Source of the DNA: Octopus bimaculoides
Taxonomy: Eukaryota
Reading direction: 5' to 3'
DNA length: 64,000 bases
NCBI RefSeq assembly: GCF_001194135.2
Contig: NC_068989.1
Span: 94,045,992-94,109,991, forward strand
Numbering within the stretch: the first letter of the stretch is position 1; the number at the start of each line of letters is the position of its first letter. Under the pieces are notes generated by a model. It was not told the DNA's origin. It ran no database searches and worked only from the letters and a program-made list of their open reading frames with translations. The translations under genes and the position numbers were made by a program. This document shows, piece by piece, positions 12,053-25,863 of this stretch.

Positions 12053-12442
12053 GTCATGCTGCTGCGGAATTTGGATGCTCCAGTAATGTGTAAGGGCACG
12101 TGCATCATAAAATTTAGACTCCCGAGTTTTACAAGCAACCATCTTGAATGGACCGGCCGCTGGTCAAGATGTTCTTGTAACTCCAATGTCACTCCTCCCT
12201 CCCTCCGATACGATCTACAAGTTTAAGCGGCTTCAATTTCCTGTCAAACTCTCCTTTGCAATGACAATAAGTACGGCACAGGGTCAATCATTGCAAATGT
12301 TTGGTTTAAATCTCACAGAGCAAGTGTTCTCCCACGGTCAACATTACGTTGGATGCTCCCGTGTTGACAGGCCACAAGTCTATACATTTGTGCATCAGAA
12401 GGGAAAATGAGAAACGTTGCCTACAAAGAAGCGATCCACTGA
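12053..12442 (+). mobile_element. Helitron RepHel PIF1-helicase C-terminal relic (frameshifted)
   Basis: VMLLRNLDAP.MC.GT / VLQATILNGPAAGQDV / FKRLQFPVKLSFAMTISTAQGQSL...VFSHGQHYVGCSRV / GKMRNVAYKEA* are the characteristic Helitron helicase motifs. Confidence 0.92.
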
Positions 12443-12950
12443 ACAGACGGCATTTCTTCACATCTTCCAAATCACCCCAGTCATCTGCCGCCTCAAAAGC
12501 TTCGTGCTTGCCGTGCCAGCCAACGTAAGTCAATGACTCACAACTTCACTCATTCACTCTATCTCTCTTTATCACCCTATTTCTCTCTCACATAGGCACA
12601 CACGCATTCACGTCCATTTCATATATCTTTCAATTTCTGCTCTCTGCAAATAAAAGTTTTAGATACAACTGCTTACAAAACTTGGGATTAATGTATAATT
12701 TCTTTCTATGTTCATAATTAAATAAATGTTTCAATGATTATACAGACGTCCAATAGAATAGCTCTCAGAAACAGACTACGTACAAATTCTTTCTTCACAA
12801 CACCTGAATCCATGTTCTGACAGGAGGTTGATGAAATCTCCAAACAGCTAGAGGCTCCAATCAAAACAGGGGACCCGATATGACAAGGTTGAGAAAAACT
12901 GTTATAGATTATGTCTAACCGAAAACGATCACAGCCACATCATCCAAACA

Positions 12951-12979
12951 GGCCGGGTGAAACCGGGTTTAGCTGCTAG
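12951..12979 (+). mobile_element. Helitron 3' terminus (subterminal hairpin plus CTAG)
   Basis: GGCCGGGTGAAACCGGGT imperfect GC-rich hairpin, then about 8 nt, then CTAG at 12976-12979, followed by an AT microsatellite. Confidence 0.7.
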
Positions 12980-13001
12980 AATATATATATATATATATGT
13001 T

Positions 13002-13040
<39 letters not shown>

Positions 13041-16000
13041 TATTACACTCACACATCGTTTATATCTGCCAGTAAATAAAAATATGCCTCTCCCTCAGAA
13101 TTGCACCAAGTAACAATATGCTTGCATGACACGTACTAACACATAGTAACGCGCCGCTCACGCACACAGATACATACACATACAAACATACATATATACA
13201 CATATATATTGAAGTTTAAATACATATATATATATATTGAAGTTTAACATAATATGGACTTCTGCAGTGAGTAAAGAGATTACTCTCTAAGAACGATGGT
13301 TAAAATACTGGAATGTTGGTAATCTGCAAAGAATTATTAATTCTGTTCCTGCCAAAATTTCAGACCAGCTAATAAAATATTCGTTGATAATGCAAATTTA
13401 AATAATGGCGTTCAAAAATATTCTCGAGGGAATCTTCTGTACAAATAACTAATGCTGAATTGCAGGCAATTTTCCTAGATTGCTGAGCCGAAAATAATTT
13501 TTAATTAAGTGAAATTATACTCGTAACACGAATGACAAAAAATAATTAGCGTTATCCAAATTCCACTGAATTCTATGTGGAGATCTTTGCATTAGAGTAT
13601 CAGTCTCTTATTCGCAGCCCTTGTAATACATGTATTTCCGGACACTCCACCATTTTGATTCATTTCAAGCTTGACGTTGTTAAGCCAATGTCAGTGAAAA
13701 GTCATATAGCAACATAAAACGAACAGGACTGAATACACGGAGAATATTCAAAGATTGACCCAAAAAAGATTTCGAGAATTCCAAAACATTTTTTCCTGAA
13801 GAACACACCGATGAATACAAGGCAATTTAATGTTANNNNNNNNNNNNNNNNNNNNNNNTATATATATATAATCCAAATATTAAGCAGACAAAGAAATTAT
13901 TTAACACATCTTTAATGATTCGTTATAATCGTTTCTGAACCAACTCTGCTTGCAACGCCAGTTTACTCAAAACTTCGAAGTGAATATTTACGTAACGTTT
14001 CGATTTTGGTTATGAGAATGACACTTCAGAGGTGCATTATTTCATTGTGCGTCTTCCATAAACCAAAAGGAAAAAAAGATCAACGTCTGGTAAAGGCGCT
14101 ATGTAAAAGCGCAGAGTCAAGTCTGATAAAATGCCACTCTAAAGTCTAAAACCGCAAACATTGCGTAAATTTTTATCTCGAAGTTTTGCGTAAACTTGCA
14201 TTGTAAGCAGAGATGTAAAGAAACAATTGCATCGAATCATTAATGATATCTTAAATAATTTCATTCTCTGATTTTTGTGATCATAATTTTACACTTCGCC
14301 AAACCCACATAACGGTTTGACCGTCGTGTAACTAGGATTTTTTACTCTTGAAGAATTTCGGAGTTGCTCTGGTACCTGATAGTGATGATAAGCCCAGTAT
14401 TCGGGTGGAATGCTTCTCAAGAAATATCCTACCTTTATACTATACAAGTATCTCTGTCCGTCTGTCTGTCTATCGGTTTGTCTGTTTTTCTGTCTCACAC
14501 ACCCTATCGATCGATCTGTCTGTTTCTTTGACCGTCTGTCTATCTCTTTTTCTGCCTTTCTGCACTTTCGTTTGAAATCTTACCTACCGCTTCATTGTTT
14601 TTCAGCCTTTTGTGGTCATTAAAATTTACTACCCGTGCAGAATGGTTCAGAAGCTAAAAAGTGATATCACACGGTATTTGTTCCGGACAATTTCTTTGGT
14701 CTTTAACTCCAACTATCGTTCAATCCAACGATAGCACTTGCGTGGTTTGGCGAAGTTCCCATTGTTGGAAGATTTTTGGTCATTGCCGATATCTTCCTCC
14801 TCTTCTTCCTGAAGTCTCTGTGACCATCGATATATAAGGTGACGAACACTTTTCGCTGCCAAAGTTTACAAAATTGACGCATTTTACGAAAATCTCAGCA
14901 AATATTTTGATGTAAGGTGAGAAGGCTGTATTAATCCTGAAATCGTGTTTATGAGTTTTTAATCAAATGCTATATATATACTTTCTCTGAAACGACATAG
15001 AATATTACATTTTCTGCCTAGAATATTCTGATTATAAGGGGTAACATTTTGAAATGCCTTTCGAAGTCTAAGTTCGTAGTTATACACCTTCTTCACTTGA
15101 CTGCAGAACAATCCTTCATCATATTAATATAAACGTATACCGTTAGTTTTTGTCAATTCTCATCAGGCAATCAATGTTTAATTCGTTATCAATAAAATTA
15201 ATCTAATATTTATTGAAATATTTAAGATAGTTGGCGAATGAAGATCGGACACCAATGTTGTCCTTTTTTTATATACATATCCAAGAACCCCATCTTTTCC
15301 TTCGGATATAAATTATTATATTCGATTATTTGATTGCAAGAAAAGCTGTATGATATAAAACACTAAATCTTTATAAATTTAGTTTTAAAAGAAATGGTAC
15401 GAAATTATTCCTTTTCCTAAAATTAAGTATTTTTTAATGAATGAATAATTTTACATTGTATTTATTACTATTTACGTCCCTTTCAACGTATGTGCGTGCG
15501 TATATACGTAGTACCTACCTGCCTCCCGATATACAACTTTGGCATATAGGTATACATATATACAAATGTGTGTGTGAATGTATGTATGTATACACAGACA
15601 CACAAACACACACACACACATTATATATATATGTATATATATATATATATCATGTGTGTTCGAATAGATGTAGGATTGCAGCTGTTAAGTTTAGAGTTCT
15701 ACGCTAATGATCTTCATCTGTTCTGCTCCCACATCTGCACTTGGGACATCAATTGCAGATTTCCAAACATCTACGTAGCAATAAATGATAAAATCTTGTA
15801 TTTATCGTAATTTCTTATATACGTGTGTGTAGGGCGTGTACAACGCTTCGGCGAAATCGAGACTTTGCTCGATTTTTCGTCTTATTTCTGGAATGAAGGA
15901 TGTGATTTGGCAGACACTCAGTGGAAGGATCGAACCCAGAAATTACACGGTTACAACCACAAATAGTATTCATGGTGATTTAAATTTTTGGCAAATATAC

Positions 16001-16949
16001 GTGCCACTATAGCTTATATGTACAATATGTGATATAATAATGTTTATTCTCCGTAAACGCTTGTAAGCATTGGTATATTACGACACGGATATATGTATTC
16101 AAGTTGGCACCTATTGGTTTGGACAAAAAGAAATTTAACGTTATTCCCGTAAGAATATTTGAGTTTAATTTAATTGTAAGTACATGATATGTTAGTTTCT
16201 GAATGTCACTTTATCAAAACAGACATCAATTCTAGAAGTTTATATACAAAGAATCATCAATTTATGTCAATGCGAAAATACAACACCACTTCACTTCAAA
16301 GACTATTATTATACCTGATAAAGTGGCGGTATAATTGTTTTGGAATTAGGGAAATAAGCAAATGAATATATTCTAATATTTGCACAGATATTGTTATCAT
16401 GGTTCTATTGCTTGCAACAACAAATAGTAATAACAATTGATGTCATAAGTAGTTGTAGACTCACCACAAACTAATGCCTCATATATATGCGGATGTAAAA
16501 GTAATAAAGACGAGGAAATATGTTTACTAAGTTCCTTACCGTGTGTATATATATATATATATNNNNNNNNNNNNNNNNNNNNNNNNNNNNNNNNNNNNNN
16601 NNNNNNNNNNNNNNNNNNNNNNNNNNNNNNNNNNNNNNNNNNNNNNNNNNNNNNNNNNNNNNNNNNGATACAGCAATATATATATATGTGTGTGTGTGCG
16701 AGTGCATGTATGTATTTGTGTGTTCTTTTCTTCCCAACGGTTCCAAGAAGTATTTAAGGGTTATTTATGAGTATATTTCTCTTTTCGAAACAGGTAGTGG
16801 GTTGTTTCTACTAGACGCCCCGTACACAAGAAGAGAAACGTCTTTATTGCTATATATGAGGAACTAGCGTTTTAGACAAAGTTTGGATTAAATTGGAAGT
16901 CTCTGGCGGGAATATTTAACGGTATCAGGAAGAGAAAATAACGGTGTAT

Positions 16950-17840
16950 GTACACTATAACGACCCCGCAATCCATTCATCAGGTTCACAACATTATCGA
17001 TGATGGTCTCCGAAAGTCGGTGTGGACAATCAGAGAAGTAGTGCGCAGGGACATGCAATATAAGTCATATGTACTGAAGTGTGACCAAATTTGTCTACAA
17101 GGACACAACAAAACCATTTGAAGCATGCGAAGTTAATATTAGACAGATCAAAACATTGCGAGAGCATTACGTGCTTTGGTTATTCTCTGATGAGGTAAAC
17201 GTTAATCAAGACCAAACGTCTAACACGAGAAATGACATGTGTAGGTCTTCATGTGTCCCCAGAATAAATAAATGAATATACACGCGAGCGCAGTCCCCCT
17301 GCCATACAAAGCATGTACACATGAAAACAGACCTACGCATGATTCCATGCAAACTTAGGTTCCAGCAACTGCAATTGTTTCAGAAATGGTAACGACGGTC
17401 ATGTCACAGCATCTTACATCTTTCCACGGGGTCTTAGAGTTAATGTCACCGGATGTACTGATGTTCAGGAAACAATCGTTAAACTTTGGATGGGTGAAGT
17501 AAGCAGTGGAAGGCGATAAAGTATTTCAATAAGACGCACCAACTTCTCACAAAGGGCACATAATCCGAGATTGGATGTGAGACAATGTTTATGATTAAAC
17601 AATAGCAAAATTGCGGAACCCCAACTCGTCAGATGTACATAAAGCTCTTTGGATTTTACGTTTGGATCTTCGTTGAAAAAAGACTAATCAATCTCTACAC
17701 AATGCTATAATTACACAAAAGGCCGTCATTATCCATGTGACGTGTGAAATGAATAAGGAACATTTATTGCAGGCATGTCTATGATTGCAGTTCGTCATTA
17801 AAATTAGCATCGGATCTACAGGCGGATTCATTGAATATTC
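16950..17840 (+). mobile_element. Tc1/mariner maT-type (DD37D) transposase relic
   Basis: WLFSDEVNVNQDQ.SN.RND (D1), SYIFPRGLRVN, VFQ*DAPTSHK (D2), PNSSDV..LDFYVW (D3), ending TGGFIE; the 5' boundary is approximate. Confidence 0.85.
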
Positions 17841-18983
17841 TTAGAAGACACGGCTTGTGGAGATCATACTCAAACTTTTATTCAACTTCATCTGCTTTTT
17901 GCTGCATTTCAATTGTTCTCGTACACGGATATTTTCATACCTGCCTATGGTTAATTTTGCGTATGTCTATTTCCATATGTACGCCAAGGTGAGTGCGCTT
18001 GCGTGTATATGCATATCTAACTATATATTCATTTATCTTTATATCTGTCTAGCTATATGTTTATATGTTTGCTTCTATGTGTGTATGCGTGCGTTTATGT
18101 GTGGCTGTAAAGTAATGTGGTACATGTCTATGTTTTGTGTTTCTGTAAATACTTGCTTGTTTGTCTTTGCTTTGTGCAGTATTACTCAATTCTTGACTTA
18201 TGTGTCATATTAAACCAAGAGTGGTTTCCAGATGCTCACACATATGAAGCTTATACGTGATCAAAAGTTTCATAAACTGTTTCTGCAAATAAAAATGGTA
18301 CCCAGCCTATTGTTAAACATAAATCCAAATACTTGAAGTTACTTGAGACTTCAGGGCTGCAAGCAGGCTGAATGGTTGGCTTGTGGGGCAGAATGTGACA
18401 TATTTCCCAACATTTTTCGTTCTAAGTTCGAATAGTCTTCCTTCTAAAATTACTGGCTTTGTGCCTTAGGAATTTTTATATGTCATTACTCTAGAGAAGA
18501 TATGAATGGTTACATGAGGCAAAGATTAGAAATGATATTGAGAGAGAAAGAAAATAAAAGAGGTAAGACATGGTTGTAGTACGGATATTACTGATAATTT
18601 TTCGTACACTATGGCGACAGAGTAACGATTAGGGTAAGTGCATTTCATAAGGAACCAAATTACAGATTACACGAATAAAAACACCTAAGTATATCTATAA
18701 ATAAAGTTTTGTAAACTAGAGCGAACAAATGACTAAAATACTTTAGAACATTGTACAAGCTACATCATGCTATTTACTTGTGAATGTTTCCGCTGTACGT
18801 TCAAATCTCGCACAGGGCTACTTTGCTTTCACTCCTATTTTGCTAATAAAATATTACAAGTGTACCACATTAAAGTCACAGTCATAGGAGGTCATGTCGG
18901 TGCACTGTTTTTTTATGGAAAGAATAATGCTACATCATAGAGTATATTAGAATATTGAGATATTTAATATCTATACGTGCAGT

Positions 18984-19182
18984 AAGGTGACGGCTGGCAT
19001 AATCGTTAGCAAGCGGCATTTCGTTCGTTTTTACGTTCTGTGTTCAAATACTACCGAGATCGACTTTATATTTCATCCATTCGGGGTCGATAATATAAAT
19101 AGAAGTTGAGCACTGGGGTTGACATAAACCATTCAGTTGCTTTCCCGAAATCGCAGACCTTGTGCCAAAATCAGAAACCAAT
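18984..19182 (+). mobile_element. OR-type SINE
   Basis: AAGGTGACGGCTGGCATAATCGTTAGC head ... TTGTGCCAAAATCAGAAACCAAT tail. Confidence 0.8.
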
Positions 19183-20994
19183 GTTTATACATTCAGATTT
19201 TTCCAAAGATAGCAGACTGAGAAGTGGACTACTGGAGTTTCCACCTAGATTTTGCATTTTTGAATTGCATCTATCTCGGAGTGTTTCTTATTTAAAAAAA
19301 AAAGAGAAGCTTTTAATTCCATATAATGGAGTTTGGAACGTTGATATATTTTATAAATGCATCGCAGATATAAAGTAATTGAATTAGTTCANNNNNNNNN
19401 NNNNNNNNNNNNNNNNNNNNNNNNNNNNNNNNNNNNNNNNNNNNNNNNNNNNNNNNNNNNNNNNNNNNNNNNNNNNNNNNNNNNNNNNNNNNNNNNNNNN
19501 NNNNNNNNNNNNNNNNNNNNNNNNNNNNNNNNNNNNNNNNNNNNNNNNNNNNNNNNNNNNNNNNNNNNNNNNNNNNNNNNNNNNNNNNNNNNNNNNNNNN
19601 NNNNNNNNNNNNNNNNNNNNNNNNNNNNNNNNNNNNNNNNNNNNNNNNNNNNNNNNNNNNNNNNNNNNNNNNNNNNNNNNNNNNNNNNNNNNNNNNNNNN
19701 NNNNNNNNNNNNNNNNNNNNNNNNNNNNNNNNNNNNNNNNNTATATATATATATATATATGTGTATGTATGTATGTATGTATGTGTGTGTGTGTATGTAT
19801 TTATAGCTTTCTCTTGTATTTCTGTGTAATTGTTTACATGCTAGTAACATTCTGTGTACAAATATGATCTGGTACTGTACATTTGTATGTAATGTTTCTC
19901 TTTCATAATGCTCCAGAGAATTTATTTCTACCAGTTTTACCATAATTAGTTATAAAGAAATATAGGAGACATGTCTCTTGTGATTAAACACAAATTTACT
20001 TTTCCAATGATGGAAAGCAGTTGCTATAGTTATATATATTTTGCCAGTATTCAAATTTATTACCATCTAAAATATATTAGAATTTTTCGTGGTAACTTAA
20101 ATTGTAACAACGTTCACAATATACGAAAAAAATGGCCTTCGTTTTTCAATATCGACAAATATTGCACTTCAGTTGGGAAGGGTTCGGTATAATGTAATTT
20201 CATGACAATTTCGTGTTCTGTTTAGGAGAAAACGATATGACTTTTAGAATATAGTTTCAATTTACCATTTCCAGGGGAACAATTCAATGTACAATTTCAG
20301 TAATTTGCAAATGGAATTTAAAGAAAATAACTAAGGAGTGCTTAAACACGGAAAACAACTTCTATCGTTCCATTTAACATGGTAGCTTATGGGTAATTTA
20401 AAATGGTGTCCTATTGCTAACTGAAAGAGATGTTATTTAACCCTAGGCCAACCGTGAGTTAACAAAGTCCTGAACGGAGGTATTTCAACCACGAACAACT
20501 CGGGTATTTTAGGGTCACTTAAGAATAATTAGTGCATAATTACTTATTTAGACTTTAAGTGATTAATTAAGGGCGATTTATGTTATGTTTCTAACATGCT
20601 AACTGAAAATAAGAGTGATTCTGTTCCATAAAGTATTAACATTCTTTGTGTTTTAATTTTGCCTTCTTATTCCTGGGTAAAATTTCAAAATTCTGTTGAA
20701 TAAATTCATATGGCAGAATAATTAATTACTTTGGAACTCATGTTCTGGGGAAAAGATTAAGGCTCAATATGCAGTCAAAGAATATTCTCAGTCACACCAA
20801 ATAGTAATGCTGAAGAATGTTACGATAAAGAGTAGCAGGTTATGGAAGGCCAAACGAAGCAATCATTTGCAAGCAAACTCCAAGGTATGGTTACTCAGAA
20901 CGAAATTTTTGAAACATAATCGCATTATTTACTGCCTGATATACAATGTATATGCATCAAGCTACTAGTATACGTATATACAAACACACACACG

Positions 20995-21064
<70 letters not shown>

Positions 21065-21899
21065 AGTGTGCGTGTATATGTATGCTTTTAGAGTTATATA
21101 CGTGTGTATGTGTATATAATATTGAATTAGTATTTTGTAAGAATTGTTACATTCTGTTTTTGCATTTTAATATATCTTTATATTGCTATTCTTGTAGCTG
21201 CCATATTTCTGCAGTTTCAAAATTCTAATTGAATTTCTATACAAAAATGAAAATAAAAGAAGAGAGTAATTCTAGTAAGGATAACCTTTCAAATACCTTT
21301 TTTCTATTTTAGTGTGTATATGGAATGGGTAGCTGAAAATAAAATTAGTATAATAGTGCCTTAAATTTATTGTTTCATACCTGCTTTAGACATAACTGGT
21401 ACGAGTTAGAAAAGTGGCTTACTAAATAATATCTATATATGTTTAGACAGTTTACAAAATATGTTTCTGGAAAAAAAACACATTGCATGTTTTCCTAAAT
21501 GCAATCAAGCAAAATTATGTTTCTGCAGTATTCCCCATCTCAAATGTACTTTAAATTTTGTCGAGCAAACATTCCTTCTATGATAAGTAATTCAGCTTAT
21601 CTAAGATCTAAGAGAATATTGGGATAGAAACAATGTTAATAAGCATTCTTTCACTCTACAAAAATTGTTATTATCTACCATTGTATTGTCAAAAGTTTAC
21701 TAAATTCTATATAAATATATATATATATATGATAGACACACCACTGCTCTACTCACTTATATTTCTTAATTGCACGCGGCACATATATTTTAATGAGAAT
21801 CTGATTTTAATGCATAGAATTAAATATTCGATTTACAACTAGATGGTTACAAAAGAACTATAACACACAATTTAATGCTCTGATATCATAGCATATGTT

Positions 21900-21937
<38 letters not shown>

Positions 21938-22010
21938 ANNNNNNNNNNNNNNNNNNNNNNNNNNNNNNNNNNNNNNNNNNNNNNNNNNNNNNNNNNNNNN
22001 NNNNNNNNNN

Positions 22011-22041
<31 letters not shown>

Positions 22042-22048
<7 letters not shown>

Positions 22049-22239
22049 AAGGGCAAAAGAAAAAAAGATTTTTATGCCAATATGCAGAGAATAGACTTTA
22101 TATCGTCAATCACCACATTACATTCTACATTCACTATGAAAACATAGAGAATGTATATTGTAATATGGTGACTGACGATTTAAAGTCTATTCTCAGCATA
22201 TTGGCATAGAAATCTTTTTTTCTTTTGCCCTTGTTTATA
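22042..22239. mobile_element. About 195-bp foldback MITE (near-perfect palindrome)
   Basis: TATAAACAAGGGCAAAAGAAAAAAAGATTT...CATTC arm is the reverse complement of GAATG...CTTTTGCCCTTGTTTATA; inner CTATG-AAAA-CATAG; a half copy lies at 29968. Confidence 0.85.
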
Positions 22240-22559
22240 ATTCTTTATAATTTTCACCTTTAAAGGTTTTTTTAATATGCTGGCCAATTTGATGGAATTA
22301 TTTTGAAAGAATTTTATCCAATATTTGAAGTATACATTCACACACACATATATATATATATATATATACGTATATATATATATATATATATACACGCATA
22401 TATGTATATATACACACATATATATGCATATACACATATATATATATATACACACATATATATGCATATACACATATATATATATATATATATATGCACA
22501 TACATATATATGCATATACACATATATATATATATATGCACATACATATATACACACAT

Positions 22560-22602
<43 letters not shown>

Positions 22603-22658
22603 TACATATATACACACATNNNNNNNNNNATATATATATATATATACATATATATACA

Positions 22659-22694
<36 letters not shown>

Positions 22695-23073
22695 CATATA
22701 TATATATTATTCGCTACGTTTACATCAGAGACATTGAGCGTATGAAAATTATTAGGCAAAGGAACCGTGTTGGTTGAGGTGTTTGCTGCACAAATTTTAT
22801 CAATTTTCCCATCAAAATATCACAAAGAAATGTGAAAAATGCTATTTACAAAATGTAGGTGTCTGTTCTTTGGCTTCATTCTTATCTGTATTCGCGCTGA
22901 TATTTTTATTTACGCATGTGTGCGCACGTGTGTGTGTCTGATGCTGAATTTTATGTAAGTGCATATAAATATATAAACTATAATAAATTGCAATATCTAA
23001 TACTGAATAAATGATATCTAGATATAAAAATCAAAAATTTTTAAATTCCGAACACATATTTAAATTTATTTAA

Positions 23074-23260
23074 TACTAGTTTCAAATTTTGGTACAAGGC
23101 CATCAATTTCCGGGGTAAGGTAAGTCGTTTGCATCGACTCCAGTGTTTAACTGGTACGTACTTTTTCAATGGCGGAGATTGAACTCAGAACGAAAAGATG
23201 GACGAAATACCATAAAGAATGTTGCCCGGCGTGCTAGCGATTTTACCAGTTCACCGCCTT
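23074..23260 (-). mobile_element. OR-type SINE
   Basis: Reverse complement of the 4645 family; ends CCAGTTCACCGCCTT. Confidence 0.8.
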
Positions 23261-23732
23261 AAATTTATCTAATATTGAAAAATAATAAAATATTATAAAG
23301 CATTAAGGTATGAAAAGAAATAATAACTATAGCTCAGATGAATTTTCATAACTATGGAACATTGTACTCTACAAGTTGTCTTGAAATGTGCATCTGTTGA
23401 AGTCATTACTTTTGATTATTCAAAACCGTGTTCACGCTACAACACTACAATTGACATCATTTTAAAAAATTACTTTTATTCAATTTCCACTCCGGTTTTG
23501 GTTTTGGTAGATTCTTTTAATATCGTTTTATTCATTTGCGTTTCTTGCGATTTGAATTCATCTGGTGTCCCAGACAAGAATTACTCTAAGAGATATTTCT
23601 TCGATACATGCACATCAAGACCCTGAACGTATCTAAGTAACCTGATCGAGGTGTTCAAAAGTCATGGGAGCGTAAACACTACGTTATTAAAGTTGTGGCT
23701 CCAGAGACATTTTGGGCCTTTGTACTGTGCAG

Positions 23733-23802
23733 GAACATCCAATTCTGGGCTTCGTATTGCTTTCTGTCACACAGTTAGTCGCTATGACCTTCAAGTTCTT
23801 CC
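23733..23802 (+). CDS. Candidate 70-nt coding exon (EHPILGFVLLSVTQLVAMTFKFF; possible 7TM TM2)
   Basis: ctttgtactgtgcag acceptor and CC/gtatgt donor; phase-compatible with 30167-30240. Confidence 0.28.
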
Positions 23803-24665
23803 GTATGTATATGTATCCATATGTGTGCTTCTACATGCGGACGACTGTGTGTGTTCGCACGCATCTATGGTTTGTCAATATATATAGATTCAGCTTTCTG
23901 TAACTATATTGAGGTTTTAAACTACCATGGTTCATTCTGAGGATTAGTCTTCAAACTACAATAAATTAGTATACATATACGTATGTATTTATTTATATAC
24001 GTTTGTAGACGCATATTTTATTTTTATGTTAAGTTTGATGTAATATCTAATATATAACCAAGATTACGAAACAGCTGTAAACGAATGGAATAAGTATCAA
24101 CTCACTCACCTTAATCTTACTTCAACTATCTATTCTATACATGCGTGTGTGTGTGTGTGTGTGTGTGTGTGCGTACTTGCGCGTATGTATGTGTGTGTGT
24201 GTGTGTATGTGTGCGTACTCGCGCGTGTGTATGCATGTGTATATCAGTATTAACTTACCGTTATCACAGAGAGAGAGAGAGACACATGTACATGCGCAGA
24301 CAAACGAGAGGACAGCTCACAGTAAAGAGATTTAATGGGTGTTTAACCTCTACGAACTAAAAAATACTGCTATAAATAATGCTTTAACTATTTTATTTTC
24401 AATATAAAATACATTAAATAAAAATAAACAAACTAATTGAAATAAACAAAAATAACAGCAAATTCAATGTAAATGAGTTTAGTTAGGATGTGTTAGTGCA
24501 CAATCAACTTTATATATGTGTATGTGTGTATGTGTGTGCAAGTATATGTGTGTGAGCGCGTAGATTTATAACATACGCACATATATCAATTTAAGGTGTG
24601 TGCCTCAGAACGAGTTAATATTTACTTCAGCTAAATAAATTTTCTCTATCTTTCTCTTTATAGTT

Positions 24666-24702
<37 letters not shown>

Positions 24703-24716
24703 AATACAATACATAC

Positions 24717-24751
<35 letters not shown>

Positions 24752-25863
24752 ATATATGCTATATACATATGTATATATATATACACTCATCTATGCATGA
24801 TATGTATACCTGTATGTGTTGTGTGTGTGTGTGAGTGTGCATGCGTACGTATAGCGTTGTGTATGGGTTTTTATGTAAGTATGCGTCACTGAGGAGAGTA
24901 TACGTTTATTCACGAACGAGGGAAGTTTTAAAAAAATATGAACCGAAAAGAAAAAAGTAAATATTAAAGTTTTTTTAAAAAAAACAAACAGAGAATATTT
25001 TAAATATTTCAGTACATAATCGAGATGTTTTCGATCATAAGCCAACATTAATTTTCTTTCTGTCTTTACATACTTTTTTGTTATTCTCTCCTACTCTTTC
25101 TATCTCTTTCTAGCTACACACACACAGTCGCATAAATGTGTTTGTGTGAGTGCCTTTACATACACACACACACACATGTATGTGTATAAAGGTTCGTAAA
25201 TATATGCATATATGTGTGTGAGTGAGTGTGTATTGTGCATATTTATATGAGCTGTGTGTGTGTGTGTGTATTTAAAATCTATACAAGTGTACTGCAGCTT
25301 ATTAGCAAGGAAAGCGAACGGAAAAACTGAAACCTGAAAAATTTTAAACTTCAGCTATACTTTCATATAAATTAATACTAAACTTGTACATTAGCGAAAA
25401 TAGTTAATCGTTTAAGCTAATACATGGAAGCGTTTCTTTGTTTTATGCGTTTTTTTTGGGTTTTTTTTTTTTCTCGTTCCTGATGTTTCCTAGCATTAAT
25501 ATCATAGAATTTAATGTTCATTAAAAAATTCGTCTCCGCGATAATAGAAACATATTCCCTTTCCGAATTTTCTAAACTGTTTATATTTGTTTATAAAGAT
25601 AAGTGAGATAAAACATTGTTCGTACCTGACGACGTCACTGGAGTTGTTTTACTTTATTTTCTTTTTACAATGTCAGCTTCTTGTTTTGCTAAATATTTGT
25701 GCAACTTCAAAGAGGTAAAGTTAGATTATAAAGTAATAATTTTACTTTTCGCAGAGAAACGTGTTAATTAAATTCTGACAAAACAGACTAAAAATGCTAA
25801 TATAAGGCAATGCACTTTTCTGTAGTTAACCTGATGTGGTGGACTTCGAGTACATCTTAGGAT

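Noticed and set aside
14291-14758. 13-bp inverted repeat ACTTCGCCAAACC as MITE termini
   Set aside because: Short enough to be expected by chance; no TSD or second copy
20437-20523. piggyBac-like TTAA-CCCT...AGGG ends
   Set aside because: Right end is not AGGG|TTAA and there is no extended TIR
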